From Candidatus Latescibacterota bacterium (GTDB lineage Bacteria; Latescibacterota; UBA2968; GCA-2709665): a DNA stretch of 64,000 nt. Location: the NCBI GenBank assembly GCA_965248435.1, contig OZ252100.1:1344001-1408000 (forward strand), written 5' to 3'. The notes under the pieces were generated by a model that was not told the DNA's origin, searched no databases, and worked only from the letters and a program-made list of their open reading frames with translations. The translations under genes and the position numbers were made by a program. The number at the start of each line of letters is the position of its first letter. Position 1 is the stretch's first letter. Below are positions 18,550 through 32,723 of this stretch, piece by piece.

Positions 18550-20640
18550 TTATACCTCCACGGCCTCCTTTTCCTCCTTGGAAGCCGCAACGATCTTCTG
18601 CGTAACCTCCGCCGGTACGGGTTCAAAGCGAGAGAATGACATCGTATAGTCGCCCGTGCCCTGGGTCATGGATCGGAGAGATGTCGAATACTTGTAGAGT
18701 TCGGCCAGAGGTACCTCCGCGCGAATAAGCTGGAAACTTCCCTCCGTGTCAATCCCCTGAATCCGCCCCCGACGAGAGCTCAGGTCGCCCATCACATCAC
18801 CTACGTACTTCTCCGTTACTGTGGCCTCCAATTCATAAATCGGCTCCAAAAGGATCGGGTTCGAGTCCATAAAGGCCTTTTGAAAAGCCTGAGACCCGGC
18901 AATTTTGAATGCCATGTCTGAAGAGTCGACGTTATGAAACGAGCCGTCATACACAGTCACCTGAGTATCTACAACCTGGTAGCCCGCAAGGACGCCGCGC
19001 TCCATCGCCTCCACGACACCTTTCTCGACCGCTGGGATATACTTGCTTGGGATCGAGCCCCCGACGACCTTGTCTTCAAACTCATACCCCTCCCCGCGGC
19101 CCCTGGAGGCCACCCGCACGTAAACTTCGCCGAACTGCCCCCGGCCCCCGGTCTGTTTCTTGTGCCTGTGGTGGCCCTCCGCATTTCCGGTAATCGTCTC
19201 TCGATAAGGGATCTTCGGCTCGATCACCTCAACATCCACCCCAAAGTTTCCCTTCAGTTTTTGAATTACGACGTCCAGATGAAGTTCACCTTGACCTTCC
19301 ACGATAATCTGGCGCAGTTCCGGATCATAACCTGCGAGGAAGCACGGATCTTCCTCGTGAATCCGCTGCAAACCGGTACTGATCTTATCCTCGTCACCCC
19401 GCGACTTGGGTTGCATACAAATTCGTATCAGCGGGTGGGGAAGTTCGTATGGACTGACGATGGCAGGAGCATTCTTGGCGCAGAGCGTGTCCCGTGTATG
19501 AGTATTCTTCAACTTCACGAGCGCACCAATATCTCCAGGGGACAGGGCTTCGACTTCCTCTTTATCTTTGCCATTTAGCAAGTACACCTGGCCGATGCGC
19601 TCGTTCTCCTTAAGGTTCGCATTAAACGCATCCCCACCCGCCTCTAAAGTCCCTGAAACAACCCTGACAAAAGAGAGGTCGCCCACACTCTCAGAAATAG
19701 TCTTGAAGACGATGGCCGCCATCGGTGCTTCAGCCTTGGGAGCCAATTCAATCGTCTCCTCGGAATCAGGCTTGTGTGCTTTTCGCGGAGGCACTTCTAG
19801 AGGCGCGGGTGCTTTGGCAACCAGGAAATCCAAAAGACGATCCGCCCCAATATTTCCGGAGGCGTCGCCGCACAACACAGGAAAGAGGGTTCGATTTGCG
19901 ATCCCGATCTTGATCCCGCGCGAGACCTCCTCTTCGCTGAGGCCGCCTTCTTCAAGATACTTTTCAGTTAGCGCATCCTCACTTTCCGCGGCAGCTTCGA
20001 TAATCCGCTCCTGCACCTCCCCAGCCTGGCTTTCCAGCTCTGCGGGCACATCCCCTTCCTCTGCCTTCCCCTTCCCACCCAACTGATACGTCAGCAACCG
20101 CCGCTCCTGACCATCCATAATTTGATTGAATCCTGCGCCCGGATTGGCGGGCAGATGAAAAGGCACAATGCCCCGGCCGAAGTGCTCCTGCATTTCCCCC
20201 AGAACCTTTTCGAAATTAGCGAACTCCTTGCCCACATGGTTGATGAAGAAGACGACGGGTCTGCCGTACTCCCTGCAGAATGCCCACGCTTTGTCCGTCC
20301 CCACTTCTACACCGCTGGCGGCATTTATCAGGATCAGCGCGGCATCGACAGCCCAGAGGCCCGCCTTCGCATCACCGACGAAATCGGGATACCCGGGAGT
20401 ATCCAGGATGTTGATCTTTGTGTCGTTCCAAGCACAGTGCAGCACCGACGTGCTGATAGAGATTTGGCGATCGATCTCCGCTTCCGTGTGGTCGGATTTG
20501 GTCGTACCGTCCGTTATGGTTCCAAGGCGATTGGTTTCTCCGGCAGTGTATAACATGGCCTCGGCAAGAGAAGTCTTTCCGGTGCTGCTATGGCCCGCCA
20601 ACGCGACATTTCGGATGCTGTCGGTATCGTATGTATTCAC
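18550..20640 (-). CDS. Elongation factor G paralog (EF-G2-like)
   Basis: Full EF-G architecture (YRETI, HKKQTGGRGQFG, DSSDMAF, LEP) with non-canonical G motifs GHSSTGKT and DTPGY; not in an str operon. Confidence 0.9.
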   Translation of the reverse strand: MNTYDTDSIRNVALAGHSSTGKTSLAEAMLYTAGETNRLGTITDGTTKSDHTEAEIDRQISISTSVLHCAWNDTKINILDTPGYPDFVGDAKAGLWAVDAALILINAASGVEVGTDKAWAFCREYGRPVVFFINHVGKEFANFEKVLGEMQEHFGRGIVPFHLPANPGAGFNQIMDGQERRLLTYQLGGKGKAEEGDVPAELESQAGEVQERIIEAAAESEDALTEKYLEEGGLSEEEVSRGIKIGIANRTLFPVLCGDASGNIGADRLLDFLVAKAPAPLEVPPRKAHKPDSEETIELAPKAEAPMAAIVFKTISESVGDLSFVRVVSGTLEAGGDAFNANLKENERIGQVYLLNGKDKEEVEALSPGDIGALVKLKNTHTRDTLCAKNAPAIVSPYELPHPLIRICMQPKSRGDEDKISTGLQRIHEEDPCFLAGYDPELRQIIVEGQGELHLDVVIQKLKGNFGVDVEVIEPKIPYRETITGNAEGHHRHKKQTGGRGQFGEVYVRVASRGRGEGYEFEDKVVGGSIPSKYIPAVEKGVVEAMERGVLAGYQVVDTQVTVYDGSFHNVDSSDMAFKIAGSQAFQKAFMDSNPILLEPIYELEATVTEKYVGDVMGDLSSRRGRIQGIDTEGSFQLIRAEVPLAELYKYSTSLRSMTQGTGDYTMSFSRFEPVPAEVTQKIVAASKEEKEAVEV

Positions 20641-20751
20641 GCCCTGCCCTCCAGGGTGTCTCGGCCGCGGTCGATTAAGGAAATGCCTGCAAACGAAGCA
20701 AGTAAATATGATCGCCTAGACCTGTCAAGGACTGATTTATTCTCTCCGAGG

Positions 20752-20793
20752 CAAAAGAAAGGCCTGAATTTCGCGAGAAATTCAGGCCTTCTT
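20752..20793 (-). terminator. Terminator of the rRNA operon
   Basis: AAGGCCTGAATTTC-TCGC-GAAATTCAGGCCTT followed by TCTTTT on the minus strand. Confidence 0.85.
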
Positions 20794-20799
20794 CAATAA

Positions 20800-20917
20800 T
20801 CCCGGCGGCGACCTACTCTCCCACAAGGTCTCCCAAGCAGTACCATCGGCGCAGGAGGGCTTAACTGCTCTGTTCGGAATGGGAAGAGGTGTTTCCCCTC
20901 CGCTATAGCTACCGGAA
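20800..20917 (-). rRNA. rrf: 5S rRNA
   Basis: Reverse complement has CCCATTCCGAACAGAGCAGTTAAG, CGCCGATGGTACTG, GGGAGAGTAGGTCGCCGCCGG; ends approximate. Confidence 0.95.
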
Positions 20918-20981
20918 AATTAGGTTGAATATCGGATGTCTATTGCAAAGCACGTTAGCGATCTGCTGAAAAACTGAGAAA

Positions 20982-24013
<3,032 letters not shown>

Positions 24014-24188
24014 AAAATCAGTCTTCCAGCAGATCACTGACGTGCTCTGCTAAAAGTACTGTCGCGAGTTCGGCGTTACAACAGATACCCGACTTCCAAT
24101 ATTCAATTGTCAAAGAACAATTGGGGCGGAACGCCGCCCCGAAATATTACTTATAAATTATGCTGAGTTTTGATCGAAATAGCAAAAC

Positions 24189-24264
24189 TGGTGGAGATAA
24201 CCGGACTCGAACCGGTGACCTCGGCCTTGCAAGGGCCGCGCTCTCCCAGCTGAGCTATATCCCC
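24189..24264 (-). tRNA. tRNA-Ala(UGC)
   Basis: GGGGATATAGCTCAGCTGGGAGAGCGCGGCCCTTGCAAGGCCG...TTCGAGTCC...CTCCACCA. Confidence 0.97.
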
Positions 24265-24303
24265 AGCGGCAATTCCAGTAAGGATTTACCAAGGTCAGTT
24301 TCT

Positions 24304-24380
<77 letters not shown>

Positions 24381-24471
24381 GAGAATCCTAAACAATCGAA
24401 TAGCGCGCACGAGCATGACTGGCAATTGACCTGGAGTAGGCCCGGGCGTCCGAAGACCCCAAGCCATGTCT

Positions 24472-26039
<1,568 letters not shown>

Positions 26040-26132
26040 ATAATATCAAGCCCATACAGGGCATGTATTCTCACTTTTGATCCAACTTACACCTATAGAA
26101 ATACCAGTCACTTGACTCGTGCACGCTATTCG

Positions 26133-26208
26133 GTTGTCAAAGAGCCTTTAAACTTAGATTTCTATTTCCGCAATCATGCAATATACCAGAAAGAGACAGG
26201 CGAGTCAA
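26133..26208 (-). promoter_or_regulatory. rrn promoter and boxA antitermination site
   Basis: TTGACT (26208-26203), 17 nt, TATATT (26185-26180); boxA-like GCTCTTTGACAA near 26134-26145; second boxA-like TGTTCTTTGACAA in the spacer near 24107-24119. Confidence 0.75.
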
Positions 26209-26286
26209 GTAATTTCACCCGATTGACTTTTCTTGGGGTATATTATTAGACATGCTTACTGTATAGTGATTAGAACTTGAATAGGA

Positions 26287-26787
26287 CTATCGTTTGTCCA
26301 CCCAGAAGCTCAGCCCCAGCTCTTTCTTTAGGCGCTCTCCCAGGGACTCGGCCTCCGACACCTTCTCGAAGAACCCGATCCTCACGCGGTAAATGCCCTC
26401 GCCGGGAACCACGCCTGAGGGATACCCCATCAGACGGAGGTCTCCCGCGAGCCTATCGGCCCGGGCCCGGTCCTGGTAGGCCGCAACCTGGATGAGGTAG
26501 CGCCCGTGCGCCGAGAATGAGATTCGCCCTGATCTCTGCGACTCCTCCGTGCCTGGTTTGGAAGACCCTGCAGGTTCTTGCTCGCGAGACCCCCTCAACC
26601 CTGGCTTCGACGCTTCTTCCTGAGTCCCTTCGAGGACTCCCGTCGCAAGTGACTCGGCTTCCACCTCTTCGACCTGGGGTTCGGTCTCCTCGAGGGGAGG
26701 TGCGGACCGTTCTTCGCTGCCACATCCGCTCCACACGGAGACCAACATACTGATGATGACGATTCGCAATCGTTCGTCGGGCAACAT
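26287..26787 (-). CDS. SPOR-domain lipoprotein
   Basis: Signal peptide with lipobox WSGC, acidic linker, SPOR motifs YLIQVAAY...A..L...G...YRVRIG.F; start reassigned to MLPDE. Confidence 0.82.
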   Translation of the reverse strand: MLPDERLRIVIISMLVSVWSGCGSEERSAPPLEETEPQVEEVEAESLATGVLEGTQEEASKPGLRGSREQEPAGSSKPGTEESQRSGRISFSAHGRYLIQVAAYQDRARADRLAGDLRLMGYPSGVVPGEGIYRVRIGFFEKVSEAESLGERLKKELGLSFWVDKR

Positions 26788-26837
26788 CAGATTTCTCCAG
26801 AACCCTGTGCCGGCACCCGTCAGTGCATCGGACAAAT

Positions 26838-28124
26838 TTACGTACACGCCCGGAGCGATTCATAATTCGCTCTGATGGCCTCATCGATATCCGAATCTGA
26901 ATGTGCCAGACCAATGAATGCGGCTTCGAACTGAGAGGGTGCCAGGTAAATCCCCCGGCCCAGCATGGACCGAAAGTAGCGCGCAAACATTCCTTGATCG
27001 CATCGATTCGCGGAGTCGAAATCCACAACGGGTTCGTCTGTAAAGAACAGGGTCATCATCGATCCCACCCGGTTCAGCTGGAGATTCATTCCAAGCGATT
27101 TCAGGTTTTTTCTGAATCCAGCCTCCAGCCGTTCAGACCTGGCTTCGAGGGTCTCATATACGCCCGGCTCATTCAGCCGCTTCAATGTCTCGTAGCCGGC
27201 GGTCATAGCGAGGGGGTTTCCGGACAGCGTCCCGGCCTGTGTGACCTTCTTACCCAAAGGGCTGATCTGTCCCATGATTTTTTTCTTGCCCCCGAATGCC
27301 CCAACGGGAAGTCCTCCACCGATGATCTTACCCAGCGTCGTCAGGTCCGGCGTAATGCCGTAGAGGCCCTGTGCCCCTCCGGGATGGATCCGGAACCCGG
27401 TGATAACCTCATCGAAAATCAGCAGGATGCCAAGGTCGTTCGTCAATTGCCTCAAGCCATTCAAAAAGCCCTCGGAGGGAGGGATCACGCCCATGTTTCC
27501 GGCGACAGGCTCCACGATGATGGCGGCGATCTGGTCCCGGTTCTCTGATACGATTCTCTCTACGCCCTCGAGATCGTTAAATCGTGCGGTCAGGGTATCC
27601 CGGGCCGTGCCTTCGGTTACGCCCGGACTGTCCGGCGCCCCGAGGGTCAACGCAGACGAGCCTGCCTGAATCAGAAAGCTGTCTGCGTGACCGTGCCAGC
27701 ATCCGGTGAATTTGACGATCTTCTGCCGTTCGGTATAGCCCCGGGCGAGTCGTACGGCCGACATCGTCGCCTCTGTCCCCGAATTGACCATCCGGACCAT
27801 CTCTACACCGGGGACCATCTCTGTCACCAGTTTTGCGAGTCTGATCTCCGCTTCGGTCGGCGCCCCGAAGCTGGTGCCCTGTTCGCAGGCCCGTTTGACG
27901 GCCTCCACCACTTCAGGATGGGCATGACCCAGGATAAGCGGCCCCCAGGATGCAACAAAATCTATGAACGCGTCGCCGTCAGCGTCATAGATCCTGGCGC
28001 CCTCACCCCGCTTTATGAAAAGCGGATCGCCCCCGACAGGCCCGAACGCACGCGCGGGGCTGTTGACGCCGCCCGGTATCCAAATCTGTGCCTGGTAAAA
28101 CAGTTCTTTCGAGCGTGTACCCAA
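26838..28124 (-). CDS. hemL: Glutamate-1-semialdehyde 2,1-aminomutase
   Basis: PGGVNSP, SWGPLILGH, NSGTEATM, FDEVITGFR, GKIIGGG.PVG, GTLSGNP. Confidence 0.97.
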   Translation of the reverse strand: MGTRSKELFYQAQIWIPGGVNSPARAFGPVGGDPLFIKRGEGARIYDADGDAFIDFVASWGPLILGHAHPEVVEAVKRACEQGTSFGAPTEAEIRLAKLVTEMVPGVEMVRMVNSGTEATMSAVRLARGYTERQKIVKFTGCWHGHADSFLIQAGSSALTLGAPDSPGVTEGTARDTLTARFNDLEGVERIVSENRDQIAAIIVEPVAGNMGVIPPSEGFLNGLRQLTNDLGILLIFDEVITGFRIHPGGAQGLYGITPDLTTLGKIIGGGLPVGAFGGKKKIMGQISPLGKKVTQAGTLSGNPLAMTAGYETLKRLNEPGVYETLEARSERLEAGFRKNLKSLGMNLQLNRVGSMMTLFFTDEPVVDFDSANRCDQGMFARYFRSMLGRGIYLAPSQFEAAFIGLAHSDSDIDEAIRANYESLRACT

Positions 28125-28293
28125 AAGTTTTCCCCAGTGTTCGAGGTCAATCCTCTGAAGAGATTCTAACGTAATTGTCTTTGTCGTGTCAAGAGTTTTT
28201 CAGGCGACAACCGTGCCCGTCTTTCTGAATCGCTTCCAAGCGGATTCCGTCTTGCCGCCCCGCTTTCCAAACCGTATATTTTGCGTCGAGAGT

Positions 28294-28370
28294 GCGGTAG
28301 TAGCTCAATCGGATAGAGCATCTGGCTTCGGACCAGAGGGTTGGGGGTTCGAGTCCTCTCTACCGCACCA
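28294..28370 (+). tRNA. tRNA-Arg(UCG)
   Basis: Acceptor GCGGTAG/CTACCGC plus ACCA, D-loop with A20, anticodon arm TCTGG-CT-TCG-GA-CCAGA, T-loop TTCGAGT. Confidence 0.93.
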
Positions 28371-28378
28371 GGTCTCAG

Positions 28379-28406
28379 GGCCTCGATTTCGATCGAGGCC
28401 TTTTTT
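28379..28406 (+). terminator. Terminator after tRNA-Arg
   Basis: GGCCTCGAT-TTCG-ATCGAGGCC followed by T6. Confidence 0.85.
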
Positions 28407-28459
28407 ATCCTTCGAGTGCCGTTGACAGCCCATCTATTGTGTGTCTTTACGCCGATTCT

Positions 28460-28555
28460 GGAGTACTTCAGCACTGGAGTGTTGGAGTATTCGGAAAATC
28501 CAGTAGATTAGCCATGGGTTCACACTACTCCGATACTCCATTCCTCCAATCCCCC
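28460..28555. repeat. Imperfect inverted array of GGAGT(A/G)TT octamers
   Basis: GGAGTGTT GGAGTATT ... ACTACTCC GATACTCC ATTCCTCC; same unit at 60627-60710. Confidence 0.65.
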
Positions 28556-28574
28556 AGAACTCGCGCATTCCTCC

Positions 28575-31331
28575 ATGAGACCCGCGAACAAAGACTACAT
28601 CCTCGTACGAGGGGCCAGGCAGCACAATTTGAAGGGGATCGATGTCGATATCCCCAGAAACAGCCTGGTTGTCGTAAGTGGTCCTTCGGGTTCGGGAAAA
28701 TCCTCCCTCGTCTTTGACACCATCTATGCGGAATCCCACCGTCGATACGTAGAGTCTCTTTCCACGTCTGCCCGCCAATTCCTGAACCCCATAGAGAAGC
28801 CGGATGTCGAATATATCGACGGCCTTTCGCCGGCAGTGGCCATAGAACAGCTGAAGGCGAACCGAAACTTTCGATCGACCGTCGCCACGTTGACCGAGAT
28901 CTATGACTTCCTTCGTCTACTCTTTGCTAAAGTGGGGAAACCCTTCTGTACGCTCTGTGGGCGAGCCATTACCCGACATACCGTCGAACAAGTCGTAGAT
29001 TTTGTGTTGGCCATGGAGAAAGGTCTGCGGGTCCAGATTCTGGCCCCGGTTCAGGGGGAGGCCAAGCTTCATCCCGGGAAGATTCTGGATCGTCTTCGAA
29101 AGGAGGGTTACGTTCGTGTCCGAGTGAACGGTGAAATTTTCTCAATTGACGACAAGATCCCGATCGATCGCTCCGTTCAGACCAGTATCGAAGCGGTTGT
29201 GGACCGCCTTGTATCCGGTCCGGAGATCGCGGGAAGACTTGCCGACTCATTGGAGACAGCCCTGGCCCTCTCAGGCGGCGGCCTCATCGTCGATGTGATC
29301 GAACGCGAGCAGCATTTCTTCTCCAACAAATTCGAATGCACAAACTGCGATACCGGGTTTGAGGAGCTTGAGCCTCGGCTCTTCTCGTTCAACAGTCCTC
29401 AAGGGGCGTGCCCGACGTGCAAGGGACTGGGGACACATACCGATCTGGACCCGGAGAAGATTGTCCCGGATCAGGATCGCTCGATCCTGGAAGGTGCGAT
29501 CGCCCCTTGGGGCGTCTCCGGGAGCAGGAGACTGACTCGAAAACTCCAGGACCTCGCCGCGCACTACAAGTTCGATCCTTCAGCACCCTTTCGGTCGATC
29601 CCGAAGGAGGCGCAGCACATCATCCTCTGGGGAAGTGGACCCGACCAACCGGAGTTTCAAGGGGTGATCCCGGCCCTCCGGAAGCGTTCCGGGGAAAAGA
29701 GTGACCGTTTCTCCCAGACCGCAGTTTGTCCAGCCTGCTCCGGAGCGAGACTCCGACGCGAGGCGCTCGCGGTCAGAATCGGGGACCGCAACATAGGAGA
29801 ACTCGTCGCCTTGACGATCTCGCAGGCCCACACCTATTTCAGCGCGTTGAACCTCGATGAGGCGCCCCAACAGGTCATCGGCCCGATCCTGAGAGAGATT
29901 CAAGACCGGCTCGGGTTCCTCCTGGATGTGGGTGTGGGCTACCTCACGCTCGACCGTGCGGTTTCTACGCTGTCCGGGGGCGAGGCACAGAGGATTCGCC
30001 TGGCCACTCAGATCGGCTCCAGGCTCTCGGGTCTCGTCTACGTACTGGACGAACCAAGCGTCGGTCTGCATCCGCGCGACAACCGCTGTCTGATCGATAC
30101 ACTCTGCCAGCTTCGAGACCTCGGGAATACGGTCCTGGTGATAGAGCACGACCGTGACATGATTCGTGCGGCCGACTATCTGATCGATCTTGGGCCCGGA
30201 GCTGGCGAAGCGGGAGGCCGAATCGTAGCCCAGGGCACGCCGTCGGTCGTCGCGGCAGAGGAGGCCTCGCTCACGGCTCAGTACCTCTCGGGGCGCAAGG
30301 CCCTGCGACTCCCCGCAGAGAATCATCACCCCAAAGGAATGCTGAAGCTCAAAGGCGCCCGCGGACACAACCTGAAGTCTGTTGACCTCTCCCTGCCTCT
30401 GGGCACCTTCGTCTGCGTGACGGGAGTCTCAGGGTCGGGAAAGAGCACGTTGATCAACCGAACGCTGGTTCCCATCATAGCCGGGAAACTTCACGGTGCG
30501 ACAGAACAGCCGCTCGACAACGATGGCGTGGAGGGACTGGATGAAATTGACAAAATTATTCGCATCGATCAGTCGGCCATCGGCCGGACGCCGAGGTCGA
30601 ATCCGGCCACATACACGACCCTGTTCACGGCGGTTCGCGAGCTCTTTGCCCAACTGCCGGAAGCCAAAGTTCGGGGCTATACCTCGAGGCGGTTCAGCTT
30701 TAATGTAAAGGGAGGCAGGTGTGAAGTCTGTGAAGGAGAGGGGGTCAAGCGGGTGGAAATGCACTTCATGCCGGATGTCTATGTAACCTGCGAGGCTTGC
30801 AACGGCAAGCGCTACAACCGCGAGACGCTGGAAATCCGCTATAAGGGAAATTCCATCGCAGACATTCTCGATACGACTGTGGATAGAAGCCTTGTCCTCT
30901 TCAGGGATATCCCTCAGTTGGAACGAAAACTCCGGACACTCCAGGAAGTGGGACTCGGCTACATCCGCCTCGGTCAACCCGCCACATCTCTTTCGGGCGG
31001 AGAGGCCCAGCGCGTCAAGCTTGCCACAGAGCTCTCGCGGGTAGATACCGGCAAAACGTTATATGTCCTGGATGAACCTACAACCGGACTCCACTTCGAA
31101 GACATAAGGGTACTGCTCAACCTGCTGGACAGACTGGTTGACAGGGGAAACACGGTTGTCGTTATTGAACATAATCTGGATGTGATCAAACGTGCAGACT
31201 GGGTCATCGATCTGGGGCCGGATGCCGGTGATGCCGGGGGAACCGTCGTCGCGGAGGGGCCGCCGGCCCGAATCGCTTCAGTGCAGTCGTCCCATACGGG
31301 ACAATTTCTAAAAGAGGTGTTGGCGTCATGA
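28575..31331 (+). CDS. uvrA: Excinuclease ABC subunit A
   Basis: GARQHNLK, two Walker A motifs (GPSGSGKSS, GVSGSGKST), two LSGGEAQR signatures, zinc fingers, IGRTPRSNPATY. Confidence 0.97.
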   Translation: MRPANKDYILVRGARQHNLKGIDVDIPRNSLVVVSGPSGSGKSSLVFDTIYAESHRRYVESLSTSARQFLNPIEKPDVEYIDGLSPAVAIEQLKANRNFRSTVATLTEIYDFLRLLFAKVGKPFCTLCGRAITRHTVEQVVDFVLAMEKGLRVQILAPVQGEAKLHPGKILDRLRKEGYVRVRVNGEIFSIDDKIPIDRSVQTSIEAVVDRLVSGPEIAGRLADSLETALALSGGGLIVDVIEREQHFFSNKFECTNCDTGFEELEPRLFSFNSPQGACPTCKGLGTHTDLDPEKIVPDQDRSILEGAIAPWGVSGSRRLTRKLQDLAAHYKFDPSAPFRSIPKEAQHIILWGSGPDQPEFQGVIPALRKRSGEKSDRFSQTAVCPACSGARLRREALAVRIGDRNIGELVALTISQAHTYFSALNLDEAPQQVIGPILREIQDRLGFLLDVGVGYLTLDRAVSTLSGGEAQRIRLATQIGSRLSGLVYVLDEPSVGLHPRDNRCLIDTLCQLRDLGNTVLVIEHDRDMIRAADYLIDLGPGAGEAGGRIVAQGTPSVVAAEEASLTAQYLSGRKALRLPAENHHPKGMLKLKGARGHNLKSVDLSLPLGTFVCVTGVSGSGKSTLINRTLVPIIAGKLHGATEQPLDNDGVEGLDEIDKIIRIDQSAIGRTPRSNPATYTTLFTAVRELFAQLPEAKVRGYTSRRFSFNVKGGRCEVCEGEGVKRVEMHFMPDVYVTCEACNGKRYNRETLEIRYKGNSIADILDTTVDRSLVLFRDIPQLERKLRTLQEVGLGYIRLGQPATSLSGGEAQRVKLATELSRVDTGKTLYVLDEPTTGLHFEDIRVLLNLLDRLVDRGNTVVVIEHNLDVIKRADWVIDLGPDAGDAGGTVVAEGPPARIASVQSSHTGQFLKEVLAS

Positions 31332-31975
31332 TTCGAATCGATTTCGGCTCCCTGTTCGAGTTTGAACGAGAGGACAAAGACAGGAAACAAGACAACCGTC
31401 GAAAAATAAAGGACTTCATTACGCTATGTGAGATAAACAACGCGACGGTGGCGGAACAGAGAGACTGGAATACGCGTGACCTCATTCATTTTGTAGGCAT
31501 AAGTCCACACCTCGCCGTCACGATTACGATTTCAGAAAAATTTCTCAGCGTTCAAGTCAGTCAGATACGAGAAAAGTTCGACACCTTTAGAGCGGAGTAT
31601 GTATCCGTACCGGACCGGCTCGCGGTCTCCGTGGAACAGCCCCCCGCAGAAAAGCTGGGTCTGCACGATGTCATCTCCTGCCCAACGTGTGGGAAGACGA
31701 CGCCTTATGACGGGTTCTTTCAATACTGCGTGAGGTGCGGCGAAAAACTCGATACCCTTGTCAAAGCCTGTACCGCCTGTAACAACGGCGTCGTATACCA
31801 CCCATCCTTCACATTCTGCCCCATCTGCGGCACCGAGATGAGGCCGGACGTCTACAGCAGCCCTCCTCTGAACGAACTCGATCCCAACGGACTGGTATGG
31901 GGTATTCCGAACAAGGAGGAATCGGCCGAAGAGGGTGAGGACCTTCTGCCGGGAACGGGGCCGCCCGCTCCGTGA
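31328..31975 (+). CDS. Hypothetical protein with double zinc ribbon
   Basis: Four CxxC pairs (CPTC, CVRC, CTAC, CPIC); ATGA overlap with uvrA. Confidence 0.7.
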   Translation: MIRIDFGSLFEFEREDKDRKQDNRRKIKDFITLCEINNATVAEQRDWNTRDLIHFVGISPHLAVTITISEKFLSVQVSQIREKFDTFRAEYVSVPDRLAVSVEQPPAEKLGLHDVISCPTCGKTTPYDGFFQYCVRCGEKLDTLVKACTACNNGVVYHPSFTFCPICGTEMRPDVYSSPPLNELDPNGLVWGIPNKEESAEEGEDLLPGTGPPAP

Positions 31976-32138
31976 ATAGCCATTGTCCGATGACCAATAC
32001 CCAAAGGCAATGACCCCGCCTCCTTGATTGTTGGAAATCGGGAGTTGGATATTGCGGTCAATTCTATAGCATATAAAAATACCACGGAACGAGGAGTTGC
32101 TTCCGTGGTATTCGTTTTTGAACGATGCGGTCCAGCTC

Positions 32139-32678
32139 CTATTCTGGAATTTCCTCCCCCGGAATCTCTCTCAGCCTCCGGTTTGTTACGTCGCGGGGCG
32201 ACAGTTCAGGTGACGTTATGCCCCAATCCATCCCGATGTCGGGGTCGTTCCAGGCCACGCCGTATTCGTCCTTTCCATCATAGTAGTTATCGACCAGGTA
32301 GGTCAGTACGACCTCTTCCAGGGTCAGAAATCCGTGGGCGACGCCGACCGGGATAAAGAGTCCAGTCGCGTTCTCATCCGACATCTCGAAGGTTTCGTTT
32401 GCCAGACGTGTAGATGATGACCGACGAAGGTCCAAGAGGCCCACTCGGATCCGGCCCTTGGCGACGAACCAGTAGTCGATCTGTCTGAAGTGATAATGCA
32501 GTCCGCGTAAGACGCCCGGGGCGGAGTAAGAAACGTTCGCCTGCAGGCGATCCCAGGTTCGGTCGGGGAACCAGTCCCTGCGAAAGGTCTCCACGAATCG
32601 GCCCCGCTCGTCGCCGAAAGGAGTCAGGGCAACGTGTTGAACACCTTCGATCTTACTCGATTCCTCTAGATTCCCCAT
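32139..32678 (-). CDS. rmlC: dTDP-4-dehydrorhamnose 3,5-epimerase
   Basis: DERG.F.E, GVLRGLHY, DLR..S.T, P.GVAHGF, WNDP. Confidence 0.92.
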   Translation of the reverse strand: MGNLEESSKIEGVQHVALTPFGDERGRFVETFRRDWFPDRTWDRLQANVSYSAPGVLRGLHYHFRQIDYWFVAKGRIRVGLLDLRRSSSTRLANETFEMSDENATGLFIPVGVAHGFLTLEEVVLTYLVDNYYDGKDEYGVAWNDPDIGMDWGITSPELSPRDVTNRRLREIPGEEIPE

Positions 32679-32723
32679 ACCTGCTTTCGTGATTCTCTCA
32701 ATTTGTGATTCGGGATCCGGTGG

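Noticed and set aside
28460-28555. Short repeats as a CRISPR array
   Set aside because: Units are 7-8 nt and degenerate, without spacers of regular length; no cas genes in the window.
28370-28575. Possible genomic island at tRNA-Arg
   Set aside because: No integrase and no duplicated tRNA 3' end seen; a housekeeping gene follows.
28410-28575. LexA/SOS box upstream of uvrA
   Set aside because: No convincing match to SOS box consensus sequences I know.
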